A DNA stretch of 64,000 nucleotides from Trichinella spiralis (taxonomy: Eukaryota): positions 1,771,836 through 1,835,835 of the forward strand of contig NW_003526945.1 of assembly GCF_000181795.1 (NCBI RefSeq), given 5' to 3'. The notes under the pieces were generated by a model, which saw only the letters and a list, made by a program, of their open reading frames with translations, was not told where the DNA came from and ran no database searches. Made by a program: the position numbers and the translations under genes. Below are positions 44,688 to 57,402 of the stretch, one piece after another. Positions within the stretch are counted from its first letter, which is position 1. Each line of letters opens with the position of its first letter.

Positions 44688-45752
44688 ATGTCTGACAAAA
44701 AGAGCGAAGCAGAAGACATTATGGAGCAAATTAATCGTGATGTCGATGAAATAGCCGATATGATTTGCCGCGTGCAGATAATTCCGAAAGTGATGCGCAG
44801 TAATTTTATTGGACATATACAACTAAAGTTGGAACGAGTGCGTTTAACCCTAGCTGAAAATAGATCTTTTTTGCCATCGCGCGATTTGCAACGACTGGGG
44901 AAAAAGCTGTCGACTTACGATAACAGACTTCGTAATGAGGCAATCCGTAAACGGAAGAAATGGCCAAATCGAAAGGATGATAGTGAGTCTGAATCAGAAG
45001 AGGAATTTGAGGATGAAAGAGTGGAAGAAAGTGAGGAAATAAGCGAAGATGAAAGCGAAGAAGAAAGCGAAGAAAAATGTGAGGAAAAAAGTGAGAAAAT
45101 AAGCGAAGAAAAAAGTGAGAAAATAAGCGAAGAAAGTAATGAGGAAATAAGCGATTCTGAAAAAATTTTTTTTGGGCTCAGCAATTCTGATACAACTAAT
45201 TCTGAGCAAAGCGATTCTGATAATAACCATACTACCTACGATAGTACCGAGGCTCAGTTGCTTAAGAGTCTGAGTGATCGTCAGAACGCCGAAATATGTA
45301 TTAAATTACCGGCTGAGATGCCCCAGGCAGTACGTATACGTAATGTGAAAGACTGCACTATTGCGGTGTGTTGCCTGTCGCCGGCGGCTGATTTGTACTT
45401 AGTGAGGGACAGCATTATCATCATGTATCCCGTTCGAACGTCAGTGATGATTGAAAGTTGTATCAATTGCACAATCGCCTGCGCCGCACAGCAAATTCGA
45501 GTGAAAGATTGCATCAACTGTCGCTTGTTTTTGTACACAACTGGTACGACATTACTTGAGGAATGTAATGCAATTGAAGTTGGTCCTTACAATGTAAACT
45601 TTCCGAATAAAGAAGAAATATTTAAAGAGGGTGGATTCGGTGATACAGAAAACAAATGGAAAGAAGTTGAAGATTTGAAAATGGTAAATAACGGAATTCC
45701 AGCGTTCACCATTATGAATGAAAACGAATTGGAAGAATTTCAGATTGAATAA
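44688..45752 (+). CDS. TBCC: Tubulin-specific chaperone C (C-CAP/cofactor C domain), single coding exon with acidic repeat linker
   Basis: N-terminal helical region with 'FLPSRDLQR'; C-terminal beta-helix 'PVRTSVMIESCINCTIACAAQQIRVKDCINCRLFLYTTGTTLLEEC..GPYN..NKWKEVEDL' retaining the QQxR arginine finger. ATG at 44688 follows a TTCTTAG acceptor-like site. Confidence 0.85.
   Translation: MSDKKSEAEDIMEQINRDVDEIADMICRVQIIPKVMRSNFIGHIQLKLERVRLTLAENRSFLPSRDLQRLGKKLSTYDNRLRNEAIRKRKKWPNRKDDSESESEEEFEDERVEESEEISEDESEEESEEKCEEKSEKISEEKSEKISEESNEEISDSEKIFFGLSNSDTTNSEQSDSDNNHTTYDSTEAQLLKSLSDRQNAEICIKLPAEMPQAVRIRNVKDCTIAVCCLSPAADLYLVRDSIIIMYPVRTSVMIESCINCTIACAAQQIRVKDCINCRLFLYTTGTTLLEECNAIEVGPYNVNFPNKEEIFKEGGFGDTENKWKEVEDLKMVNNGIPAFTIMNENELEEFQIE
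45020..45160 (+). repeat. Coding 12-bp-period minisatellite (ExSE/KISE) in TBCC, including an exact 24-bp duplication
   Basis: GAAAAAAGTGAGAAAATAAGCGAA occurs at 45084-45107 and 45108-45131; the peptide reads EESEEISEDESEEESEEKCEEKSEKISEEKSEKISEE. Confidence 0.85.
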
Positions 45753-46243
45753 CTGCGTGCACAAATAATGTAAAGGGAAGATGCATGAACAATTTGTATA
45801 TCTTTGAAATAAATTTTGGAAAAAAAATCAGCGTTTTTTTTTATAGTGATATTATTTTTTAGGTTAACTAATTATATTAATAGTATGTAAAATTCTAAAT
45901 TTTATGCCAAAATCAATCTGGATATTTTGATGCACCATAATGCCATGTCTTCATTTTAAAATTCTACGTTAAACTTATGTTTCTATAAAAGTACAGTGAA
46001 ATGGATATTAACCAAATGACTGAGTTAAGTTGTTACTAATAAATTGTATGTACGTATTTAATTATTTTAAAATAAAAAACTTTGCTTCCTGATTAGCTTT
46101 ATAGAAATTAAAACAGATTTGCAAAAATTTTATTTTGTAATATTCGTGCAATCAAGGTTAAGTTTTCATACTGTATTATTTATTTAATAAAGTTTTTTAA
46201 TTTGATATATGATAGATTGTGGTGAGTTCGTTATTTTACAGAC

Positions 46244-46945
46244 ATGAGTGATAATATTAAAGTAGATGCTTACGGTCAAATAATTCCCGAACGTCTGTGG
46301 TACAACGTGTTTTCATATTCTGCTACAGAAAAGTTCGTTTTGTATGGTTTTTTACTCGGTGCATTCACACATTATTTGTACAATCGTATTCAAAGACGGC
46401 CACTTTACGCAGGTGAAAATTTATTTTATTCTTTTAAAGCTTTAGGCTTTATTATACTTGAAGATTCTGATATTCTAATTATACCATATAATTTGTTTCT
46501 TAAACTCTTTTTAAAGTATTTGTGTCGGTTTCTCTAATTTTATATTAACTGTTCTTTCGTTCATTCTTTAACATTTCATTATTGAATTTGACCATTTCCA
46601 ATTATACTTTTATGATGTTTTTTACATAGGTTTTCCATATGCTTTGTTTTTGATGACCGCGACTCCATTTTTTGGTTATCTGATTGGTCGGTATCGTGAA
46701 CGTCAGTTACGGAATCGGGATCGAGTGATTTCTCATTATATGTCTTTGCATCCGGATGACTTTGGTCATCTCACAGGTTGATTTTAGATGTTTAATGTTG
46801 CTGTAGTCGTTTTCGTTGTACATGACATATTTTAGGCAGTTCTAGACTTTGGAAAGAAGTACTTTTGCCTTGGAAGCCTTATCGACATCATGAAAACCCT
46901 ATAAAATGGGAACCAAGCAAGCCATTTCGCACGCCTGAAAAATAA
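46244..46945 (+). CDS. NDUFC2: NADH:ubiquinone oxidoreductase subunit C2 (B14.5b), 3 exons
   Basis: Spliced product ..YNRIQRRPLYAG|FPYALFLMTATPFFGYLIGRYRERQLRNRDRVISHYMSLHPDDFGHLT|GSSRLWKEVLLPWKPYR.. matches the family pattern RRP..G/RD....Y..LHPEDF/..P.R. Confidence 0.85.
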
Positions 46946-47965
46946 ACAGATTCACATTCTAATTTATTTGCATCTGAAATGAGAAAATACACTTATATTC
47001 ATTTATAATATGTCGTTTCTTACGTGGAGTTTTGATAGAAGTCACTTTTGTTTAGTTCCGCAATTCTTTCAACTTTCACAACAGTTTTGCGTAAGGTTTA
47101 CAAATCACCTTTATTACAAAATTAGGTGAAAGGTGCATTGCATGACATACGGGGGTTTAATGTTTTCTAGTTTAAATTGCGTTCAAAAAATAATAAAATA
47201 TACATATCGATTAAGGGATAGTTACATCTGAAAAGTTAAGTATCGAAAATTTATATGAAAGTGTATTGTAAAGTGTGTGAATTGTGTTAATTACTAAAGA
47301 AATAAGAAAAAGTAATAAAAATAGCATACTGGACTTGCTTTTTCTTTGCTATTTTGAGGAAATGATTTTCATTGTAAATAGCGTTTTGAACAAAAATAGT
47401 TTTTTATAATTAAATTTTTATGAAAAGATATTTCAGTATTTTTGGAATGTATCTTCATTAAAATAAAACTGCATTTTTTCAACTAATACAGTTTCCTTAG
47501 CACATCCGATATAAAATGATTTGCAAGTAACTTATATGCTAAGCGCACTCTTGAAGAAAAAATGTTACATTCATTTCATTACAAAATGATGTATTTTTGT
47601 TACAAAAACAAATGTAATTTAATTTATTAAGCAATTAGGTACAAACTGTGAAAATTACTACGTGCAGTATTTACCTTAACATACTGTACTACGTCAGTGT
47701 AATATTATATTGAAAATTTAGTTTCAGTTTATTCAAATTGAAATTTAATTTGAAACCAAACACAATCGGCATTTAATAAAACAAGGATGGATCATCTGAT
47801 TGTTTTATTTCGCCCAGCAAAAGAAATTTCAGAATCATCCTATCATGTGTCAATTAGTGGTAATGTAATAAGCTTGGAACTCATAACAAGAAAAATGATG
47901 GTAGACAATGCTGAACGATGCATAATTGTACAATATTTTATTTATTTTGCTTGATCAGTGGAAGT

Positions 47966-48560
47966 TCAACGCGCTCTGGCATATTTTCCCCAAATGTGCA
48001 AAACGAATACAGAAGCGATGAACACTAAACTCATTACCAACACGGGCACTGGTCCTCTAAAAAACAACAATACAACTAAAATATAAACAATAAACTTAAA
48101 TGTATTAGCAAAAGCAATACATTTTAATTCCTGGTGAATCGTCGGTGTAAAATCGCCACATTCCACCTCCGCTGGCACCTGCTTTTGCTTTAGCAGCATT
48201 CACTGCACCTCCCTTGCTAAAATGCAGATTCAAATGAAATAAACAGTATACAGGCAATAAACAACACAAAAGTATGACTGAATAGAAATGTCAATGTAAA
48301 ATTTTAAATACATTCCCAACGGTATCGGTCGAGTTAAATACTGAAATTTACAACAAAATAACGCTAGAAAGAAATGTCATAATATAAAAACATGTAAATA
48401 AATTAATATAAATAACACTCATCAAGTACCGCTGTCTCAAATTTCCAGTGCCTACACGACCGCTTGCAGATGGCATTTTCGTTCCTCCGTTAGCCTAAAA
48501 TAGAGTTAAAAACTTATAATTATATCATTGTCAAACTGTGCGTGTTATTCAACATACCAT
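47966..48560 (-). CDS. SEC61B: Protein transport protein Sec61 subunit beta; first exon contributes only the ATG
   Basis: [86 protein letters not shown]. Confidence 0.96.
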
Positions 48561-49681
48561 ACACCTCAAACAAAACTATGAAAAGGACAAACGGTTTCCA
48601 ATACCAACCAAAAGCACTTAACACGAGTACAGTTTTAGAAAATACAGTAAGTATTATTAATCAAGTTTAATTTTATAAAACGCAAAATTTTCTAATGCAC
48701 AAGTTCAAAAATAAATATAAAATATATACAAGAAATTCCTTTTACTATTTTATAATTATAAAGCACCACATAATATTTGAAAAATGAACAAAATTAAAGT
48801 GATTTGACACCTGTTCAGTTTAATTATACTGTAAGGCGTCATACAAATACGTTGCTCAATAACACTGTTTGTATATAATTTAATAACTTTATTTTTATAA
48901 TACCATACATAGCAGAAAAATGTTCAGCAAAGCAATATGAACTTGATGAAAATATGTTTCAAAAATACATAAAATATTTCTTATGCCAAAATTAATAAAG
49001 ACAAACTTCACGACATCTAAACATTTCTTGTGTGCATAAAAGTGGATGGATTTTATGTGACTGTAGATGATTTGGGATGATTGTCAATGTTTATGATATT
49101 TTAAGAAGATAAAAGTCTATAGAAATAAAGTTAATAGTTTCTCAAATTAGACTGTTTTTACAAACCAGTATTACTGTATTACAGTATAAGTTGAGCTTTT
49201 AATTGTTTGAGCTGCCAAAAAAACTGGATAAATAGGTATGAAGATATTTCAACAAACGTTCAATTCATTCATAATTATTGCATAATATTATATATATAAT
49301 CTAAAACTTCTTCGAGAAAGTTCAATTAATTATCGTTCCACACTTTAGTTCAAGGTGCCAAAAATACATTTCTGTAAATGAACATCCATTGAGTTTCTGT
49401 CTGTTTCTGTGCTTAAAGCTTTTTCTTTGTGCTAAATTTGATTCGAAAAACAGAAAAAACATCTGCACATCAAATCATTGACACAAGCAGAGGTAATTTT
49501 TCCGGTAACGTTTCATTTGATAATCTGTTGCAACATTTTCCTTTTTATTATTACAATGATTCATCACGAGTTGAAGAGTAAAAGCTTCGGATAACAGACA
49601 ATTTTGACTTTAAAACTGCCGAATGAACATCTGCTTCTTTATATACATGTATTACAATAACCCCTTCCTACATAAGGTTGT

Positions 49682-49682
<1 letters not shown>

Positions 49683-49713
<31 letters not shown>
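49683..49713. repeat. (CA)n microsatellite
   Basis: Directly visible. Confidence 0.95.
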
Positions 49714-49718
<5 letters not shown>

Positions 49719-50253
49719 ATCACATTTGTATCCATTCAAAGTAAAATATTGACTAAATTGCAAATAATAAATTTGATAAGCATATTAATAGAAGCAAGCA
49801 ACACAGCAAAGTAAAAAGTATGTTATTTACATTAATATATCAAAGACAAAAAACAAACGAATGAAAAATGCAACAAAAAACAATTTTAATATGTTGTTCA
49901 GTGTTTAATATGTTCACGTATACAAACACAACCGCAGATCAATTTTACAGTATAACAACATTATTTTTCAATTTTATTTTTTAATAAATATCGATTATCA
50001 TTCACAGATTCTAGCTGCTGACTAGTGTTAACTATTGCGGAGGACAGCAAAATGTGCAACGGTAAGCTAATACTGTTCGCATCATTCACACATGCTGACT
50101 GAATAAAGCAAAAAGTGATAAAACAAAGCAAAAAAGATATTAAAAAAAAGAAAAGCATAACTTGACAAGTGTTTACTGAACTTTAATTTACCTTATTTTA
50201 TTATCACATGTATTTCATATCTACGGTCAATGTATTTAGACTAAATTTCATTT

Positions 50254-53200
50254 TCAGTGTCGTCGCTGTCGTCGACGTCTACTGTGCCGGTACGAATCTC
50301 GACTGGGCGAACTTGAATAGGAGGAAGATTCGCTACTGCGATCAGATCTGAAATGAAATAATTAAGCATATAAAATGAACATTATAAACAATATTTCACT
50401 TTTTTCACATGTGCTCTGTTTATCAAAATCAAAACTACCTGGACGATTCTGTACCAGAAGTGGAAGTCACGCTGGACTTGCTTCTGTATTTATCTCTGCG
50501 ACGATATAAATGACCGCGATACTTTCCAGATCTGCTGTGGCGACGAGCACTGCGACGACCTCTGCTTCTGAAAAATGAAGGATATGAACATATGAACAAG
50601 CAAATAATTCCAAATCAAAACCTCGAAGAAGACGAAGACGAACGTCGTGAACTAACTGAACTGCCCCTATAGGAACCTGAAGACCTACTGTACGATTTAT
50701 CGCTGCCCGAGGAACCGTCTCTAGTAGACGAAGAATACGAGCCTGATCGAGATCTTGATGGTGATGCAGAACGATCATCAGACCCACTGCTTCGCCGCCT
50801 ATTCCTCTTCGGACTTCTGTGGCGGCTTTTTCGCTTTGACAACTGAAAATTAAAAAAAATTTTCCTCTATTAGTAATAATATAAATTATTAAACATTATC
50901 ATCAATTGCTATTTGATTTTTGTTAATAAGTTTTATCACTCACAACATCACCTTGTTGTCAATAAGCAATAAAAAAATGCGCAAACGACAAGCAACTAAA
51001 AGTAAACTTGACTACTTATATAATAATATTGCATTACACGATCTGAATTTTTTCTGGTTGGAAAAATATTCTGTTTAAAAAATTTCCATTTTATGACAGA
51101 AAATAGAGTATGAAAAAAAACGATTCAATCTACTCAGTCAACATGAGAATCCTGCTCAAGAATATCAACAAACCAACAAGCTACGCTATGTTAAATCGTG
51201 TTTGAAAAGCTGTTTTCATTTTCAAACGGTAATTTCAAGTCAAGTCAATTTTTCAAAAGAAATAATGAAATACAATTTCACAATAGTAATGCAACAACTC
51301 ACTGGCTTTTCAAAGTCACCTTTCCCCAACTGATATTTCGATAAATCTCCATCCTCATCCTCATCATCATCATCATCTTCTTCTTCACGTTCCATATTAT
51401 GTCCTTTATATTCTTCCTCTGGACGTTCTTTGTCGTTCTTTTCCATTTTCCCTTTCTTTTCATCCAGATTTTCATACCCACTATCATGCTTTTCATTCGC
51501 GCGTTTCCGCTTTCCTTTCAATCTTCCAAACTAATATATAACAGATAATAAATCCTATCAGAACAGTTAGTTTAAAACAACCAAATATGATTCAGTACTT
51601 CGTCATATTCTTCCTCGGATTCATTTCTCGGAATGTATTCCACCTGTTGACGATCCATGTAACCTCCTCCGTAACCAGTACGCGCTTCAACCTCAGCAAA
51701 TTTCTTGGCATTGCAAATGTTGCAGGTAGCCCTGCGTGCCCAATTAATGTTACCACACCTAAAAATGATAATGACATCATAAGCGCAAACAAACCTAACA
51801 GCACAAGCGAAGACAGATTCGCACAATGAATCCTATAAAAAGAAAAACCGCAACTACTAAAAATAGCTTAATTATGGCAACGACAACACACATACATACC
51901 AGTCAATTTGTACACTTGAACAAAAAACCACATCAAATAAGTAGTTTGACTAATTTTCCCAATTCAACACAGTGAATATTGTTTAAAATCATTTTACGCA
52001 TTAATTTTCAGTACGGAATAAAAGGTGAAACAAGTAGAAAAAGATTTAACACTTGCGCAAAAAAACTGAAATACAACTGTACATTTGTGCAAAAAAAACT
52101 ACTTGCACAATTTTACCTCCTCATCACCAAAGTTTACTGTGCTGCCGCAATAAACAACCCTATTTATAATTTATTTCGATTCTAAAATTTCAAAAGATAT
52201 TTTAAAGTCTCTTACAATAATTAATTATAACAAATAAACTTGAAGAAAAATATATAAACCCACGATGAAATTGAATAAATTACCAATAAAAACAACCAAC
52301 ACTTTCCAAGCACTTCTTACTTTATCATTTGGTTCATTAGCAATCGAAATATAAAAGGTTATTAAAAACGGAAAAAAAAATACAAATCCAAATAACAGAA
52401 TGAAATGAAATCCAAACTACCTGAAATTTGCAAAATAATGCTAACAATTTATACATTATTAACTTTCAAAAATATTAGTGTTCATTCAATTTAAAGAAAT
52501 TATAAACAAATGTTAATTTCAGCCAATTTTAATATTCGGAAAAAGAGCAGACAGTGAAAAGTCAGAAATAGAGACAGCAATGAAATACATATTCCTTTCA
52601 CACGGGAAACATTCACATGCTAATGTTATGACGGTAAGAGTTGTTACCAAATAGTATGTATTGTAGAAATATCTATAAATGAATTAAAAACTATTATAAA
52701 CGACAACGCTGTTGAAAAGGTTTTTGAACTCAACATATTCACTACTGCTTGCATATTTGAGAAACGATCATTTTCTTGCATTATTTATCAAAACCACCTC
52801 TATTAACAATTTTACACCGCTTAAAATGCCGGAAAAAATTTTAAAATGTTCACTGACAATGTCATTTGCTTAACTTCATTAAACTTGACTGAATTAATTA
52901 TTATATATTTACAATATAATCTATTTTACAAAAACTTACAGCACAAATGTCCAGCTAAGAAAAACAAAAGTAATCATTCACATTGCATTAATGGGTAATA
53001 ATTTAAATTACTAGAAATTTTTTTTCATTATTTAGCTGATAAATGCACTAGTAAATTATACAACACAAAAATCAGTACTTACTCAAAACTTCTCCAAACC
53101 AAAAATACCTACACATAATAAAATAATTAAAAGTGTGATGCATTTACAATTATGTATTTTACTTATGGGACATTTCATAAAAAAACTAACCTAAATGTAG

Positions 53201-53528
53201 GTTGGGCCTAAAATGCATTGAAAAAGAAAATGTATAAATGAAAATTACTTCGAGCAACACCAATCTTCAGCTTCAAACAAGCCTTTGCTTTTTTCAGCCG
53301 CATCTTTGCCAATGGCTTGACCAACTGTGCCTTTTCCGCGTGGTTTGCGGCGTCCGCAAGCCTGACATGAAGAATGGTGAATCGTGTTAATGTATGAACA
53401 CCTAAAAATCAAGAGCTCCTACCCCAGTGTGTTCAAAAATTAAAATAAAAGAAAGAAAAAATAAATAAAAACCTGGCATCTACACAGGCCCATTCGCCTT
53501 CTCGCAAAACCGGACGGGATGTGCTCAT
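50254..53528 (-). CDS. ZRANB2: Zinc finger Ran-binding domain-containing protein 2 (SR-like splicing factor)
   Basis: MSTSRPVLREGEWACVDAR|CSYINTIHHSSCQAC..IGKDAAEKSKGLFEAEDWCCSK|CGNINWARRATCNICNAKKFAEVEARTGYGGGYMDR..EYDE|FGRLKGKRK..EDEDGDLSKYQL| followed by an RS-rich tail. Confidence 0.93.
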
Positions 53529-56500
53529 TGTACACAAATAAAAATAAAATCTTTTTTGAAATACTCAATGGCAGCTTTATGAACTTATAGCAACACTGCA
53601 AACGACAAACCTAAACTTTGAACTGAAAACTATAATTACAGTAAATTATAAAAACATTACAAATAGGCCACAGTAAGATATCAACGACGAACATTTCAAG
53701 CATATATCATTCTTGAAATAAATAAAGGCAGAATTTTAAAGAAAATTTTTCATAAAGGTCAAAAAATTCAATTTTCATTTCTAAAATTAACCGACACGAT
53801 GAAAACATTCCTAAAATGCTTTCGTACAATGAGAGAATATTTCACTAACACGACCTGCTATTACAAACGGCAATTAAAATGTTCATTGTTAATATTTACT
53901 GTCATCAATGCGATCATCGTATAAATTTAGATGCGTAATCTTGAAGCTATGTGATGAACTTTTAACATAAAAAAAATACATTAAAATTCATCTCGGATAT
54001 ATAAATGTAGTTTATTTATTTATATATATACATAAACAGGTCCAAATTTATTCATGCTGCATATGCGTGTATAATATATAGGGAAGTATTGTGAGTATCT
54101 GTAACAGTATATGTGAAAATCAAGATTTAAGTATGAAATGTTCCACCTGTAAAGCTGAAAGAAATAAGTAATTTATTCAATAATAGATTTAAGAATATTT
54201 TAAAATATTTTTTCTCCAAAGCTGATCAGTTTAAACTGTAATTATTTAAACTAGAAAACACGATAACAGTTGTGAACAAATTGCATATGGCAGTTGATTG
54301 GACCATTTGCAGTTTTAGTATCTGGTAAAAAATTGCACAATGGCAATAAATTGTAGTCAAAAATACAATATTTAATTTTTATATTTTTTATCAATAAAAC
54401 AATGTAAAATAGCAGAAATTCAACTTGATGTGTTGTGTCAGCAAAGTTGAAGTCAAGTTTTCGCAATTTGGTCATGTTGTTGCCAGCTTTGTTTTACAAC
54501 ATTGAAAAGAATATAACATGAAAATCAAATATATTACAAAAATAGTTTATCTAATTAAATTAAAATAACATGGCAGTTTGTTAAAAGTTGTAGCTGATTG
54601 ATTGTGATTTATTTGTCTACTGCGCAGTTGTGATGTAAAGCGCTATTAACTAAATTCAGGGACAGACACGGAGTTTTACGCAATAACGAAAGGCTGTTTA
54701 ATTTAATCACGTATGGAAACCAAGTTGTTTTTCACTTAGCTGCTTTACTTCCTTATAGTTTGCATGCTGACAATTTCAATTAAAAGCGCATAATTTTCAT
54801 TTTATTTGAAATAATTTGAATTGGACGTACTTTTGAAATTAAATTATTTTGATTCTACTTTTAATAAGTTTTAAATTCTTTGTTTTTTAAGTGGCTACCA
54901 AAAGAACTAGTTGGTTGTGTTTGAATTTTTATTGACATACTCCTTCTATCAAGTTTTTGTTCACAACGTCAGCAGTGTAGAGAAATAAGTTTCCCAAAGC
55001 TTTGTAATGTTCTTTGCTTTGCATTGTTGAAACTCATCTTTAGCAGTATCACCATCTCTTTGTCAATTTCTCGATAAGTTCAAGGAAGTGAAATGGAAAA
55101 ACATTTTGAAATTTATTTATTATTCGTTCAAGAGATTCACTTTATTAATATTAGTACACACATGACTGGATGAAAACAGATCCTTTGGGCCAGTATTTCA
55201 ATGGGCTTACCAGAATTAGCGTGTAATTATTCGATTTTAGAACTTTCATTTAGTATTTGCTAAATAAAAATTAAATGATAATTGATTTTTAGAATAATTT
55301 TTAGCATGAACAGAGTTCATTACAGTGTAACGATCGTACGTTGTTGAAGGTGCATTTCATTTACTTTCCCGTGCTTGACCTAAGCGTGAGTGCGTTGTCA
55401 GTATGTTTAGGTAGATTTTTGTTTTGTGGTGAAAACTGAGTTTGGTTTGCTAATTGCAGCTTAGGGCTTTTCAACAATTTTACTTTCCACCGGTCATCAA
55501 TAGAATTGGTCAAGGTGAAAGACCTCTGCAATTCTTAACAAAAGCATCCGGTCAGCGATTGCTGAGCACGTTTGTCACAAATTTATTTACTTCAAACTGT
55601 GCTAAACTGCTTGCACTTTCTCATTTTCTATTTACCAAATGGAAAATTTTATTCCTGTTCATCTTTTGACATGCTTTTGAAAATTTTACTTTTTCAAATT
55701 GCTCAAATTTGTCCATTCGGCATAGTTGCATGCCTGTTACCATCTGTCACACGTTTACCCTCGCTTTTTGATCTGGGCTGCTTTGCGCCTACGCCAGTCA
55801 GCTTGCCCCACGGCTGTCAATTCCTTCTTGACGCACTTTTATGAAATCCATTTTCTTGAAAGTATTTTTTCATTATTTTAGCAATTTATTAGTTTTTTTC
55901 GCATATATTTTTAAATTATACTTGGTTATTGCTTTTTCGATTTATGAAAATAGAATCTTATTGAAAAATATCTGTGCAACAAAAATGTATGAAATTGCAG
56001 CAGTTGGCAGATGGTTAGTTACGTTGAAAATTGCATCGGTTTAAAGTACAGTAGAACATTAAAATTTTAAATTATGTTTTATTTTGAATTAAATCAGAAA
56101 ATACTGATTCAGTGCGACATATCATATCGTCATAGGGCAGGAAGTGTGCTTTTAATTTGCTTTCATTTCTTCTTGGGTAATTAATTTTTTTAATTATATT
56201 TTGTGCAGTGAAAACCTGTTTTGTCAATTTAGCAAGTCTCATTCATATTACTGACTTTAAATATTATTTGTAATAGATCACAATTACAGTATCTTTTTCA
56301 TTTGTTTTATCCTGAAGGCATAATTACTGTAATTAAAAGTTAATCTACTTGGTAGATGTTGGGGCAAGTTTGTTTAACATTTTTTGCTTGAGATGTGCGA
56401 TATTTTTTGCCTAGAATTTTCTTAGTTCACTTTTATAATGGTAATCGAAGTGAATGGGATATTTTTGAAATTGATTGTTTTCCAAAAACGATCGTTTTTT

Positions 56501-56553
56501 TAAATATTTTTTGTTTGAAAAAAAAATAATTTTTCGACTTTTTAAGATTAAAC

Positions 56554-57368
56554 ATGGAGAACGTGAAAAACGAATGTTTGTGGACAGTTATGAAGATGTT
56601 CATTGAAGCGTCCTCATTAAAATCTACTATGATGGCTTATTGCCAGCTGGTTTGCTTGTGTGATCCGGATCGTTCCGATCCCTATAAATTTTACACCAGG
56701 TAGGCTTGTTGGAACCAGTTCACTTCTGCACGTTCAGGTTATAATTTTCGTGATAAATGTAAATGAAATATTTAGCATTCGAGGCAAGTTGAATTGGTGG
56801 AAAGTGAACCCACTTTGGGAATTGTTGGATAAACGGTTTGCGCAGGTGGAATATCTAAATCAGCAAGCTGGAAAGAATTTAAAAGTAATTATAAATGAAG
56901 AATTGTCTTCGTTTGTATACTTTGTTTTGTCAGAGCTTGAATTTTATTTCAGGCACTGGTCGTTGGGGCCGGACCATGTGGATTGCGCATGGCTATAGAG
57001 TGTGCTTTTCTTGGGGCAAAGGTTGTTTTGCTGGAGAAGAGAGGGAAATTCTCGCGTAACAATTTGTTGCACATATGGCCACACGCTAAGGAGGATTTGA
57101 AAAGCTTGGGGGCGAAAATCTTTTACCCGAAATTTTGCGTCGGCTCAATCAACCACATCAGTAACGAATAATTGATGGATCTTTTAATATACACATGTAT
57201 TGTTTTTGCAAAAATCGCTTTGACAGGCATTTGTTCGCTGCAATTAATTTTGCTAAAAGTGGCACTGCTTGTTGGTGTGGAAGTCTTTGAAAATGTAACT
57301 TTCGATAAGCTCATTGAACCTGAGATGAACAGCGATGGTGATGGTAATTAATTTTTCTTGTCCGTATA

Positions 57369-57402
<34 letters not shown>

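Noticed and set aside
48312..48340. 29-nt possible poison micro-exon in a SEC61B intron
   Set aside because: Weak donor and no independent support.
52008..52127. Box C (GUGAUGA) / box D (CUGA) snoRNA in the ZRANB2 intron
   Set aside because: No terminal stem and only a weak ~9-bp possible 18S match with a G-U pair; the C box overlaps the candidate poison-exon end.
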